Source of the DNA: an uncultured bacterium
GTDB taxonomy: Bacteria; Verrucomicrobiota; Verrucomicrobiia; Verrucomicrobiales; DEV007
Assembly (NCBI GenBank): GCA_963977015.1
Contig: CAXBMO010000007.1
Location: 32,001 to 96,000 of the forward strand
Direction: 5' to 3'
DNA: 64,000 nt
Below the pieces are notes generated by a model. That model was given only the letters and a program-made list of their open reading frames with translations, searched no databases and had not been told where the DNA came from. Below are positions 48,112-58,417 of this stretch, in pieces. Position 1 is the stretch's first letter. Every line of letters begins with the position of its first letter. The position numbers were made by a program, and so were the translations under genes.

Positions 48112-49346
48112 AGGGAGGGAGAACCAGCCTCTTCTTTGGATTCAAGCGAAGCCAAGAGCGAATTTTGTCCTTCAGGAGCATGAAAAACGCCACTGGTCTC
48201 AACCAACGATGCTCGATACACTTCCGATTCGCGCATCATGGCGTCATGCGCGGCTCTCAAATGATAGTGGGGAATATTCGGATAAAGGTGGTGGACCAGG
48301 TGGTAGTCGTTCCCATATCCCAAAAGGGCCCACCGGGTAAATGGATCAGCGTGAATGATTCGAGAGTTATCCAGTTTTCCCGTGCCCAGATTGGCATGCT
48401 GATAGATTTCGCGCAACAGCATCAAATAAGGAAACACATAGATCAAGGGAAGCAGCCAGAACAACATGTAGTAGAAGGCCAAATTGAATCCGGTGGCGAA
48501 ACGAACCCAGCCCATGGTCAAAAGAAGAACGCTATAGAAGACCAGTCGAATTGCTGCTGAGATTTTCGCTTCCTTGCGTCGGCCGGCTCTACCAAAACGA
48601 TCCAGAGGCAAAAACCTCCAAGCCGTCAGCCCAGCCCCCAAAAAGGCCAGAGGCAATACCACGATCAGGGTCGAGTTTCCGGTTGATGCTGAATACCGGA
48701 TGATCGCGATCAGCCCGATCAGGTAAAGAACTCCCAAAACGGTTGGCGAAAGGAAGCCTTTCGGCGCCTTCGCACCAGAAGCGTCCGCCGGGGATTGTCC
48801 CACCGCCAGCACCCGGAATAGATCCATCAGGTTTCGAAACACGAACGGAGGCCAAAAGAATTTGGCATAGTAGTTCCAGATAAACGTCGGGCGCGGCATC
48901 GGAAATCGAGCATACAGTTCCGAAGCCTTGTGGCCGGCAAGGTTTGGGTCCTTGTTCGGGTCATTGGGATGATAATGATGGCCCTGGTGTTTCGCCCGAT
49001 AAGAAGCAGCACTGCTCCAAAGCGGAAAAAAGCACAGCAAATTGGCCAATCTCTCGTTCCAAACGCGATTTGGGACCAACAGCCCGTGTGATGCTTCATG
49101 CCCCATCAAACCGATTCGGTGCATAAAGCATCCCGTCATCAAAACGGTAAACGCTCCCACGATCCAGGAAACCCAGCTGGCAACGCCCCAGTCCTCAAAG
49201 TGTGTCAGGCAATAAATGGCAACGAAATGCAGGCAAAACACTCCCAAATATTCGCCTCCAATGCACACGAGGTTGCGATAGGGACTCACACATGTCCACC
49301 GGCGCAACTCCGTTGATTCCAACAATGGTCGGTTAGCCTGGCTCAC
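48108..49346 (-). CDS. Membrane fatty acid desaturase family protein
   Basis: His boxes HEASH, HQGHH, YHLVHHLYP; TM segments. Confidence 0.9.
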   Translation of the reverse strand: MSQANRPLLESTELRRWTCVSPYRNLVCIGGEYLGVFCLHFVAIYCLTHFEDWGVASWVSWIVGAFTVLMTGCFMHRIGLMGHEASHGLLVPNRVWNERLANLLCFFPLWSSAASYRAKHQGHHYHPNDPNKDPNLAGHKASELYARFPMPRPTFIWNYYAKFFWPPFVFRNLMDLFRVLAVGQSPADASGAKAPKGFLSPTVLGVLYLIGLIAIIRYSASTGNSTLIVVLPLAFLGAGLTAWRFLPLDRFGRAGRRKEAKISAAIRLVFYSVLLLTMGWVRFATGFNLAFYYMLFWLLPLIYVFPYLMLLREIYQHANLGTGKLDNSRIIHADPFTRWALLGYGNDYHLVHHLYPNIPHYHLRAAHDAMMRESEVYRASLVETSGVFHAPEGQNSLLASLESKEEAGSPSL

Positions 49347-49505
49347 AAAATCAGGAGGGATCTAAATTCTCAGACGAGCAACTTAATCGTTACCCTCAAA
49401 AAAACGCTAGATACTAGTCCACACGACTCAAAACAAGCTGAAAATTATAATAAAACCCAGCGCCAATAACCCGCATGGTATTAATAGGAGCGGGAATGCA
49501 GTTCC

Positions 49506-52358
49506 TCAGGAGGATTCAGTGACGACAGGGTGGAATGACTCGATCGCGAACGTCTTCTCTGGAAGACCCAAGTGCATCGACGCAAAGTCGTCAAAATTGG
49601 CCGGAACTTTGACCGGCCAGAATCGCTCGGCTTTGACATCCGCAATCACACCTTCAGCGCACTCTTGAGCAGCCTGATCATGAGCCTTTTGCAGGGTTTG
49701 GAACATTGAAATACCGGTATCGCCGGCTGCTTTCGGCAAATTGAAAAAGCCGCATCGTATTTGAGGACCAAATCGTTCGGTCAGCGAAAGCCTGTAAAGA
49801 GGCAGCTGGAGATCCTTCCAACGATACTCCTTCCCAGCCAATTCAAAACGAGCGTAGTCGGGAAGCCAATCGAGATTGGTCGATGACGTGACTTTGGAAA
49901 CGTGAACGCGCTGGGGGTCGTCCCCTTTGTCCGTCGTTTTGTAATCAAGAACCCGAACTTCACCTGTTTTCTCGTTTCGATCTATTCGGTCGACCTTTCC
50001 GCGAACAGCGACTCCATCGATCTCAATCTCAGATTCGAGATTGAGCTCCACCTCCTCAATCCTCCAGCCTTGTTCACGCTCTCGGACCTGCACCGCGGCC
50101 GCCGCTGACAACCGCTGCATCGCGGAACGAAGCTGAATCTTTACCGGAAGAGTCATCTCTCCGCCAAATCGCTCTTTGGCCAATTGATCCAGCGTGTCTT
50201 GAAAAAAGCTCCGCACAAGATCTTCGTCTCTGGAATCCTTAATCCCTGAATCCTCGCCAAACCTGCGCAATACCTCGTGGCAAAAGGTGCCAAATCCGGC
50301 CGCATCGAGTTCCAGCTTCTCTCCATCCACGCTGCGCATCTTCTCGATATGGCGGAGATAAAAATGCAGCGGCGAAGTAAGATAATCCCGAAACGCCGTC
50401 ACACCGATCGTCTCCAGTTTTGATAGGACCGTTCGCCGCTTCAGCAGAAACCCGGGAGTCCAAGGCAAATTGGACTCCTTGGTATCCACCTCCCGGAACA
50501 AAAAGTTCACCCTCTCTGCCAATTGGGCCTCCGGGCATCGAAACAGGAGCCGCGATGGACGCAACGGATCCCCCTTTCGAGAGCGTTTGCCAAACATCAC
50601 ATCAACTCGTCCACCGTCCTCTCGACAACGCAGGATGGACTCAAAGAGAAACGCATCCCGCGCCAAACGATCCTCGTTGGTTTTGAAATCCGCATGTTTG
50701 GCGAGAATGACACGCAGCCGTTCAGGCAAATACACATCACCCACGATCGATTCCGGCACCATTCCGTCGTTGAATCCCGAGACCAACAGATGAGGAGCAT
50801 CGTCCCAACCAAGTTCAAGCCATCCAAGCAATTCAACGGCTCCCAGAGGGCGTTCGTCATAGAGCTGCTCAGCTTCCAAAAACTGGAGAATCAGATCGAA
50901 ACTCTCGGCAGGTTTCAACTTCAGCGGCTTTGCCAAGGGCCCGCCGAGTGCGTCCAGAATTGGACTCAACCGCTCCCAAGCCAATCGGAGAATCCGCTCC
51001 CCCTCGCTTCCCGGCATTGGGGCCCGTGCCGAAAAAACGTCGTGCAGAATCTCGGGTAAACAGGTCGCCAGCGGTTTTCTCTGCAGCGTCCTCAAGAGCG
51101 CCTCAGTGTCATTCAACGCGGTCAGCATTTCCAACGTGACGTAGGATTTGCCGATCCTCATGAAATGGCGCAAGTCGCGAAGGTTTTGCGGCAGATGCTC
51201 CTGATACAAATCGTCAAATCGGCGAAAGACGCTCGCCGTATCCCAAAACATGAGTTTTCCAGAAAGAAACGCGAGGTAATCGGGGCACCGCAGCAGTTCG
51301 ATAAAGGAATGGTAACTGCGGTCCTTCAACAGGCGCCCCAACGCCCGGAAAAAATGGAGCGCCCCCTGAGTCCGAAGCGGCTTCCCCTGAGGATTGAACG
51401 TCGCAATTCCAGCGGAACTCAGGCTCCGCTCAATTGCGGGAGCAACCTCTTCATCGAGAACACCGATTGTCGCACTCTGTGAAGGATCCTCATAGACACA
51501 AATGCGCTCGGTCAGCGCTTCGGCCTGTGCCAGGGAATCAGGAAGAACGTGAATGGTCTGTTCCTCGTCGCGAATCGTGATTTCGTGATCCCGCCACACT
51601 TGGGAAATCGGTCTTCCCCAGCCGTCAAAGGCTTCCGCCAGCTCTTCAGGCGCATGAATCAGCACCTGGGTCGGAATCTGATGGCTGATCTGCTGCAAAA
51701 CCTGAAGCGCGATGGGGATGGGATCCGGAGTTGCAGCAACGACAATTTCCCGGACACCCGGTGGTAGATCGGCCTTTTTCACAGCCCTCTTCCGGACCGA
51801 CACCGCGTCATGGAGATCGTGACGAGCCAGTTGCTTCTTGAAAGCTGCTTCCAATTTGGCCAACTCGAGCCAGCGGTCCTCATCTTCAAACTCCTCCGCT
51901 ACCAGTTTTGGAATGTCCTCCATCTCCAGAGCAGACTCACCCAGCGTTTGACGCAGTTCTGCCAATCCACGGGCCATTCCCTGAGCCCAGGCGAAATCCT
52001 GGCGAACCGGAGCAACCGGGAACAACGCATGAAACCTCTCCAGATCCGCTCTCAACAGGACATAAATCCAGGCAAGCTGGCTTTCTTCTGCCGTCGCAAG
52101 TTTCCCTGATTCAGGCGTCGAAATGAGACTCAGCAAGAATTCTGTGGGAACGACTTGAGGCGCGAGCATCGCTTTTCCCTTCTCATGCGCCAGGTTGGCC
52201 AGCATCTCCCGCAATCGCCGCCCCGCGTTCCGCGTTGGGACGATGACCAACAGTTCACTGAGATCGAGCATGCCCTCTTCAGCCCGCCCCATCAGGAACT
52301 CGCCCACCAACTCAAGCGTTGGGCGTTTCCAGCCTAAAAAATGTCTCGTCGCAGGCAT
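49506..52358 (-). CDS. AddB/RexB-like PD-(D/E)XK nuclease family protein
   Basis: VIVPTRNAGRRL, degenerate helicase core, PSRL, C-terminal RGKVDRID..VLDYKT..LQLPLY. ATG 52358. Confidence 0.85.
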   Translation of the reverse strand: MPATRHFLGWKRPTLELVGEFLMGRAEEGMLDLSELLVIVPTRNAGRRLREMLANLAHEKGKAMLAPQVVPTEFLLSLISTPESGKLATAEESQLAWIYVLLRADLERFHALFPVAPVRQDFAWAQGMARGLAELRQTLGESALEMEDIPKLVAEEFEDEDRWLELAKLEAAFKKQLARHDLHDAVSVRKRAVKKADLPPGVREIVVAATPDPIPIALQVLQQISHQIPTQVLIHAPEELAEAFDGWGRPISQVWRDHEITIRDEEQTIHVLPDSLAQAEALTERICVYEDPSQSATIGVLDEEVAPAIERSLSSAGIATFNPQGKPLRTQGALHFFRALGRLLKDRSYHSFIELLRCPDYLAFLSGKLMFWDTASVFRRFDDLYQEHLPQNLRDLRHFMRIGKSYVTLEMLTALNDTEALLRTLQRKPLATCLPEILHDVFSARAPMPGSEGERILRLAWERLSPILDALGGPLAKPLKLKPAESFDLILQFLEAEQLYDERPLGAVELLGWLELGWDDAPHLLVSGFNDGMVPESIVGDVYLPERLRVILAKHADFKTNEDRLARDAFLFESILRCREDGGRVDVMFGKRSRKGDPLRPSRLLFRCPEAQLAERVNFLFREVDTKESNLPWTPGFLLKRRTVLSKLETIGVTAFRDYLTSPLHFYLRHIEKMRSVDGEKLELDAAGFGTFCHEVLRRFGEDSGIKDSRDEDLVRSFFQDTLDQLAKERFGGEMTLPVKIQLRSAMQRLSAAAAVQVREREQGWRIEEVELNLESEIEIDGVAVRGKVDRIDRNEKTGEVRVLDYKTTDKGDDPQRVHVSKVTSSTNLDWLPDYARFELAGKEYRWKDLQLPLYRLSLTERFGPQIRCGFFNLPKAAGDTGISMFQTLQKAHDQAAQECAEGVIADVKAERFWPVKVPANFDDFASMHLGLPEKTFAIESFHPVVTESS

Positions 52359-52512
52359 TGTTTCTCGTGTGCGGCAGAATGCACCCCGTTGCCTGCGACA
52401 GCAAGCGTCAGCCATCACTAACAACCACAAAAAAAATCCGCTCTTCGACAGGGAAAAATCCTCATCAAAGAGCGAACCTTGTGGTGCGTGGCCGTTACGG
52501 GCGGTGTCAAAT

Positions 52513-52737
52513 TTAGTGGGGCGTTCGCCTGTGGCGCCCTCGTTTCCGTTGTCGACAAAAGGTCAATGCGCTCTTCATCGATTCAGACAGAGTCAGCGTT
52601 CGCGGAACTATCGACTCGGGCTGCACCGTTGATGTGGTGACCATCAACACCCGGGTCTGTTGAGGTAATTCTGCGTCTCGTGGTAAACACCCACTCTGGC
52701 GAGAAAACTCAGCAAAACTCTGATCAATGCGTTGCAT
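52513..52737 (-). CDS. Possible small hypothetical protein
   Basis: 74-aa ATG ORF in an otherwise empty ~500-bp gap; basic C-terminus; no recognisable family. Confidence 0.3.
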   Translation of the reverse strand: MQRIDQSFAEFSRQSGCLPRDAELPQQTRVLMVTTSTVQPESIVPRTLTLSESMKSALTFCRQRKRGRHRRTPH

Positions 52738-52868
52738 GATTTGGACAATGTGAGGAAACCTCCCTCAGTTCGGCATCATCCTAATCAGGTGCACAATTCC
52801 GTTCAAGAATTATTTAGCAAAAATTGATAATAACTCAAAGTTAGCTAATTGTCAGACAAATCACAGGG

Positions 52869-54161
52869 TCAATCTCGCGACAAAATCACGGTCTCTTGCC
52901 GACCGTAAACCCGGTATTTGATTCCCGCCCAGGTAATCCCCCGTATCAGGGCAGCGCTCAGAACAATGACAAAGTGCACCGCCATGTTGAAGGTTGTCGT
53001 GACCAATTCCAACGCTCTCGCGGTTCGAAGCTTCCGAATCGTCTCTTGGTCAAACTGCTCCTTCAAATAGGAAGTTCTGAGAGCAAATTTGAGCAGGATC
53101 ATCACAGCAACGATCGCAATCGGAACCAGGGCCTGGGGATCTCGCAAAACCAGCAATCTCCACCAAGTCGTTCCCGCTCCCAAAAGCCATGATCCGGTAA
53201 AGAAGAGCGCAATGCCCCAATAGCGGGGGACATAGGTCAAGACCTGAAAATACTGGCGTCGACCAAATTCAAACAGGCTGCCCCATGAATAATCAACCGG
53301 AGACGGGGCCATCAAGGATCTGACGAAATAGAGCTCCTTTCCCGATTCCCTAGCGACTCGAGAAATCTGGAGATCGTCATTCAAACTTCCCCGCAACGCT
53401 TCGGGAACCTGGATTTCGTCAAACACTTTTCGGGAAAGCGCCATGGAACCACCCCACAAAAGGGTGTGCCAGCGCGGTCCCGCGAGCACGCCAATGCCCG
53501 AGTTAATATTCGTCGCAACGAGGTTTGAGAAGTGGTTCGATTTTGGGATAAACCACCGATAACCACTCGTCAGTTCAGCCTCTCCCACGTTGATCGGAGT
53601 GATCAGCATCTTCAGCCATCCGTCACCACCGACAATATCAGCGTCCGCAAAGGCGACGATTTGCTCATCCCGCAGATGCTTGAACGCAGCAAGTTGGTTG
53701 TGGACCTTCTGGCCCTCATCCCCAGCCAAACCGGCAACGACAAACTCGACCTCATTGGCGCCGGTCGTTCTCCCTTCCGGCCGGGTCCAATGCGTCGCCT
53801 CTGGCGCAATCTGCAAATACTCGCGAATGGCAAGCTGGGCCGGATCCTCGGCGGATTGGGTCACGAAAATGATCCGGTAATTCGGATAATCCTGGTTCAG
53901 GATTAGATCGAGAAAGTGCTCAAAGCTGGACGAAACACCTTTGGCGGGAATGATCAGGGCAACACTCTGTTGCGGGAACTCACGGGACAACTTCTCCAGC
54001 CGGTTGCGTTGTCGAATCAACAGTTTTCGCGAGAGCCAAGCCTTCAACGGACCATAACCAGCCTGTATTAGCCACCACGCAGTGATGATCTTGAAAAATA
54101 TGGTGATAGCAGGATGCAAGAGATCAATCGAACCGCCCTTCCAATAGCTGATACCACCCAA
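52869..54161 (-). CDS. GT2/GT21 glycosyltransferase (ceramide glucosyltransferase/HpnI-like)
   Basis: IIPAKG, GQKVHNQ, FADAD (DxD), WGGSMA, LNDDL, FGRRQ; flanking TMs. Start uncertain. Confidence 0.85.
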   Translation of the reverse strand: MGGISYWKGGSIDLLHPAITIFFKIITAWWLIQAGYGPLKAWLSRKLLIRQRNRLEKLSREFPQQSVALIIPAKGVSSSFEHFLDLILNQDYPNYRIIFVTQSAEDPAQLAIREYLQIAPEATHWTRPEGRTTGANEVEFVVAGLAGDEGQKVHNQLAAFKHLRDEQIVAFADADIVGGDGWLKMLITPINVGEAELTSGYRWFIPKSNHFSNLVATNINSGIGVLAGPRWHTLLWGGSMALSRKVFDEIQVPEALRGSLNDDLQISRVARESGKELYFVRSLMAPSPVDYSWGSLFEFGRRQYFQVLTYVPRYWGIALFFTGSWLLGAGTTWWRLLVLRDPQALVPIAIVAVMILLKFALRTSYLKEQFDQETIRKLRTARALELVTTTFNMAVHFVIVLSAALIRGITWAGIKYRVYGRQETVILSRD

Positions 54162-54256
54162 GGGTCAAGCGCGGGCCTCTCCCTAATTGGCAGGGAAAGC
54201 TTCGCTTACTTGACAGAGGCTGGCGATTGCCAAAGGATTTCCAAAATCCTCTCGCC

Positions 54257-55585
54257 ATGACTTCCCGACTTCCGCTTTTAGCCGCCGTAGCCCTCTGTTT
54301 CCCATTTTGCCAGCTTTCGGCGGAAAACTGGCCCAATTGGCGGGGCCCCAACCAAAACGGATCGACTGACGAAACCAACCTCCCCGAGAAATTCTCCAAG
54401 ACAGAGAACGTCAAATGGAAGGTCGAGTTGCCGGGAGCGGGTTCATCCACACCGGTCATCTGGGAAAATCACGTTTTCCTGACTTCAGCCAACGCTGATA
54501 AGAACTCGGTTGGCCTGGCCTTGGATCGCGAAACCGGCAAGGAGCTTTGGCGCAAGGAGTTTCCCGGTGTCGGCAAAGACAAGAGAAGCAATTTCGCCGC
54601 TCCATCCGCAGTTACGGACGGCAAAACCGTGACGTTCTTTTTCGGGAACGGCCAGATTGGTGTTTACGACTTTGACGGAAAGGAACTTTGGACGGGCGAT
54701 ATCGCGGAGCGCATCGGCGGATTTGCTTTCGGATGGACGTTTTCATCGAGCCCGGTGCTACACGGCGACCACCTCTATCTGCAAATCCTGCAACGCGACG
54801 AACCGGTTGAAGGCCGCGGCCAGGAAAATGCCGAGTCATTCATTCTCGCACTCAACGTCACGACCGGTGAAGAAGTGTTCCGGCAACCTCGCCCTTCAAA
54901 GGCTTTGATGGAATCCCGCGAAGCCTTCACTTCGCCGATTTTGGCCAATGTTGATGGACGCGAAGAACTGGTCATCATCGGAGGAGATTGCATCACCGGT
55001 CATGATCTGGACGACAATTGCAAAGAGCTCTGGCGTTGGGGAACCTGGAATCCGGATCGCGAAAAATGGTGGAGAGTTGTCCCCTCTCCAGTGTATGGCG
55101 ATGGCGTCTTTTTGGCATGTGCACCGAAAAAGAACCCGATTTTCGCAGTCAAAGCTGGCCTGAATGGCAATCTCGATGACTCCAGCCTCGCGTGGGTGAG
55201 TGAAGTGAGCAAGGAACAGCCGATCACGAGCGATGTTTCGACGCCACTCTACTATCAGGGCCGGTTTTATGTCCTGAGCAGCGACGCCAAAGCCTTGGTT
55301 TGTCTGGATCCGAAGACTGGCAAGGTGATCTACAGCGAGCAAATCGCCGCCAGCAGCATCAATCGTCAAAAGCTGGAGGCTTCCCCGACCGCCGGTGACG
55401 GCAAAATCTACCTTCTCAACCAACTCGGTGACGCCTTCGTGGTTGCGGCAGGCGACGAATACAAGCTGCTGCACCATGCCGAAATGGGGGAGACGCTTAG
55501 CAATATCACCCGATCCAGTATCGCAATTTCCCAAGGCAATCTCTTCATCCGGACCGATACGGATCTGTATTGCATTGGAGAATGA
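54257..55585 (+). CDS. PQQ-binding-like beta-propeller repeat protein
   Basis: Signal, AENWPNWRGP, SSTPVI, repeated ALD..TGKELW, LFIRT..LYCIG. Confidence 0.92.
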   Translation: MTSRLPLLAAVALCFPFCQLSAENWPNWRGPNQNGSTDETNLPEKFSKTENVKWKVELPGAGSSTPVIWENHVFLTSANADKNSVGLALDRETGKELWRKEFPGVGKDKRSNFAAPSAVTDGKTVTFFFGNGQIGVYDFDGKELWTGDIAERIGGFAFGWTFSSSPVLHGDHLYLQILQRDEPVEGRGQENAESFILALNVTTGEEVFRQPRPSKALMESREAFTSPILANVDGREELVIIGGDCITGHDLDDNCKELWRWGTWNPDREKWWRVVPSPVYGDGVFLACAPKKNPIFAVKAGLNGNLDDSSLAWVSEVSKEQPITSDVSTPLYYQGRFYVLSSDAKALVCLDPKTGKVIYSEQIAASSINRQKLEASPTAGDGKIYLLNQLGDAFVVAAGDEYKLLHHAEMGETLSNITRSSIAISQGNLFIRTDTDLYCIGE

Positions 55586-55675
55586 GGCTCTGAACCGGCT
55601 GAGAAACGGCGTTGCCAAGCAAGCGGGGCGAAATTATCCTAAGAATTTCGCTCCCCAAACGCCGTTTCTCATTAG

Positions 55676-56218
55676 ATGCCCACGAATGGCACATCTCCTT
55701 CCGGTTCTGAATCGCCGGAAGACTTTGTCGCGTTGGTCCTCGCCAATCAGGTCAGGATTCGCAACTTCATACGCTCATTGATCTCAAACCGCGAAGACGC
55801 CGAAGACCTATTCCAAAAAACCAGCGTGGTCCTGTGGCGAAAGTTCAGCCAATACGAACCCGGAACCAATTTCGCCTCCTGGGCAATGCGGGTCGCCTAT
55901 TTCGAAGTCTGCGACTACCGCAAAAAAATGGCCCGAGCCAGGGTTACCTTCAGTCAGGAGGTGTTCGACGCGCTGGCCGAGAAAGTCTCCGAAATCTCTC
56001 AGGATGAGGACATTCGACGCGACGCCCTCGAGATTTGCATTGATGGTCTCAGCGAAACCAATCGGGAATTGGTTCGCCTCCGCTACATCGAGGACCTGCC
56101 GATGGAGGATGTGGCCAAACAGATCGATCGTCCTTCCAAAACCGTTTATCGAATTCTCAAACAAGTTCGCAGTTGGCTTTTAAACTGCATCCAACACCGA
56201 TTGGCTCGTGAAATATGA
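55676..56218 (+). CDS. ECF RNA polymerase sigma-70 factor
   Basis: DAEDLFQ..LWRK..F.SW..A region 2; C-terminal HTH LRY.....EDVA. Confidence 0.92.
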   Translation: MPTNGTSPSGSESPEDFVALVLANQVRIRNFIRSLISNREDAEDLFQKTSVVLWRKFSQYEPGTNFASWAMRVAYFEVCDYRKKMARARVTFSQEVFDALAEKVSEISQDEDIRRDALEICIDGLSETNRELVRLRYIEDLPMEDVAKQIDRPSKTVYRILKQVRSWLLNCIQHRLAREI

Positions 56219-57837
56219 ACAGCGACAATTCTCCTGAAAAACTCAGCCGTCTCATTGCCGCGTGGTGCGACGACAGCATCACCGATGACGAAATGCGCCA
56301 GCTGAATTGGTTGCTTCTCGGAAACGATGAGGGCCAGCGCATGTTTGCTGAGATGACCAACCTCAACTCCATGTTGGAGCAATTGGGTCCGGAACTTGAA
56401 GCTTCGAAGATCGTTCCCTTACCCACCCCTCAGGTTGAACCCGAAATCCAGCCACGCGGTCAGAATTGGCGTGTTGTCCTGGAGATTGCCGCTGTTTTTG
56501 TGGCAGTGGTCTCGCTGGCCTGGGCCATCTTGGGCCAAATCGGCACGAAGCAATCCGCCAATGGAATCGGCATTGCCGAATCTAACGCCTCGCCCTCCGC
56601 AGCATTCGCGCTCTTGACTCATTCAATTGGCGCGCAATGGACCCATGAAGAGGAAGAATTGCGTGCCGGCTCCATCCTTGGCAAGCAGACCATCCACTTG
56701 GCCGCGGGACTCCTTCATCTACAGTTCTACAACGGCGTAAAAGTGGTGTTGGAAGGGCCCGCCGATTTTGAGATTCTCTCCATGGAGGAGAGCTATTGTC
56801 GAAAAGGCCGATTTCACGCCAGCGTCCCTCCTCACGCTCAGGGATTCATCGTCCACACCCCAACGGGTGAATTGATCGATCATGGCACGGAATTCGGCTT
56901 GGAAGTGCGGGATGACGGCAGTTCCGAGATCCACGTCTTCGACGGAGAGGTTTCCTTTCGAAACACCGATGCGGAGACCATTGCCCAACTCACCCCCGGC
57001 GAAGCCGCACAAATTGACGAACTGGGCCGCCCCCTCCCCCTCCTGGCTGATCCGACCGCATTTGCCAGCAACACGGATTTGATGCGCTGGTACGCCGACG
57101 ACATGGCCCGCCAACTGGCCCAGTGGTATCACACCAATCAGCGATGGCGGAACGACTCCCGCCTTCTCGCCTACTATGATTTTGATACGGCCGACTACCT
57201 CACCGGCATCCTTCCCGCTGAAACGCGCAATCCTTGGGCCGCGGGCCAGGATGGCGTCATTATCGGTGCCAGTTACACGGAAGGACGATGGCCGGGCAAA
57301 GGCGCCCTCCATTTTTCACGACCGGCGGATCGCGTTCGGGTCCGGATTCCAGGTTATCACGATGCGCTTACCCTAACGACATGGGTCAAGATCGACAATC
57401 TTCAGAATCGCCGGCACGGCCTCCTGTTGAGCGATGGCTTCGATCATGGAGCAGTGCACTGGCAGCTGGATGGCGGAACTGGTGACCTCATCTTGGAAAC
57501 CCGCCGGGAAGAAGGCGAAACCTCTTCCTATATCTCTCCCGGCGCCCTGACGTCCAAAGATCTGGGCGAATGGATTCACCTCGCCTGTGTTTATGATCGA
57601 ATCACCGGATTCGTCGCTCATTATCTGAACGGAAAGGAAGTGGGGAACATGCCACTTCAGTTCGACGTGCGCTTGCGGGCTGGGATTGCCGAGATCGGAA
57701 ACTGGGGATTCGATCAAGCCGGGAAACAGCATGCGGACCACAACTTGATTGGAACGATGGACGAGTTCTCGGTTTACGGAGAGGTGTTGGATTCGGGCGA
57801 GATCGCCGAGATTTACGACGAAGGCAGACGCCGGTAG
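56215..57837 (+). CDS. FecR-domain anti-sigma protein with C-terminal LamG/ConA-like domain
   Basis: Anti-sigma N-terminus, TM, LEGPADF, DHGTEFG, HVFDGEV, GRWPGKGAL, WIHLACVYD, GTMDEF; ATGA-coupled to the sigma gene. Confidence 0.9.
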   Translation: MNSDNSPEKLSRLIAAWCDDSITDDEMRQLNWLLLGNDEGQRMFAEMTNLNSMLEQLGPELEASKIVPLPTPQVEPEIQPRGQNWRVVLEIAAVFVAVVSLAWAILGQIGTKQSANGIGIAESNASPSAAFALLTHSIGAQWTHEEEELRAGSILGKQTIHLAAGLLHLQFYNGVKVVLEGPADFEILSMEESYCRKGRFHASVPPHAQGFIVHTPTGELIDHGTEFGLEVRDDGSSEIHVFDGEVSFRNTDAETIAQLTPGEAAQIDELGRPLPLLADPTAFASNTDLMRWYADDMARQLAQWYHTNQRWRNDSRLLAYYDFDTADYLTGILPAETRNPWAAGQDGVIIGASYTEGRWPGKGALHFSRPADRVRVRIPGYHDALTLTTWVKIDNLQNRRHGLLLSDGFDHGAVHWQLDGGTGDLILETRREEGETSSYISPGALTSKDLGEWIHLACVYDRITGFVAHYLNGKEVGNMPLQFDVRLRAGIAEIGNWGFDQAGKQHADHNLIGTMDEFSVYGEVLDSGEIAEIYDEGRRR

Positions 57838-57844
57838 GTCTCGG

Positions 57845-58363
57845 CTAGAGCCTGATTTCCAATCCCATTTTTCTCATCTCCAGCAAGGCCTCCGCATTGC
57901 CAATCGCATCATCGACCGGATGGTGGGTGTGCTTCGTTTTTCGCAAATGCTTGAAGTTTTGCGAGCAGTTTTTCACCATGCCCTTGTAAATCGAGCCCAA
58001 GTTGGAAGACGAATGACCAAACGGGTTCTTCTGCAGAAAGTGGTGGAAGTACCAGTTCACAAATTGCCAATCAAACCCGTTGTTATCGCTGATGAACATC
58101 GGCTGACCTCCCTGATTGGATTCGGCAATCCAGTCCCGAAACTGTTCCATCACCCGCTTCGGATTTTCAAAGCTCTCCGTCTCTCCCCGCGAAAACCCAC
58201 TCACCGCGAGTGCTTCAGGAATCCAGTACTCCGAGATGGGAGAAAGCTGCCCGTAAAACGTGCACCCCAGGCTCGCATCCACACGGACCGCGCCAAGACA
58301 GACCATCGAGTAGTCTCCCGGGATCGGCCCATCCGCCTCAATATCGACCATAAAATAACTCAT
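57845..58363 (-). CDS. DEDD 3'-5' exoribonuclease (Rv2179c-like)
   Basis: VDIEADGP, DNNGFDWQF, HHPVDDA. Confidence 0.85.
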   Translation of the reverse strand: MSYFMVDIEADGPIPGDYSMVCLGAVRVDASLGCTFYGQLSPISEYWIPEALAVSGFSRGETESFENPKRVMEQFRDWIAESNQGGQPMFISDNNGFDWQFVNWYFHHFLQKNPFGHSSSNLGSIYKGMVKNCSQNFKHLRKTKHTHHPVDDAIGNAEALLEMRKMGLEIRL

Positions 58364-58417
58364 CGTCAAAAGACGCAGCAGATTTGATCGGAATTCAACC
58401 CGATGCTGCTTTCGGGC

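Noticed and set aside
55676-57837. ECF sigma / FecR-LamG pair as a novel system
   Set aside because: A common, expanded architecture in PVC bacteria; kept as features only.
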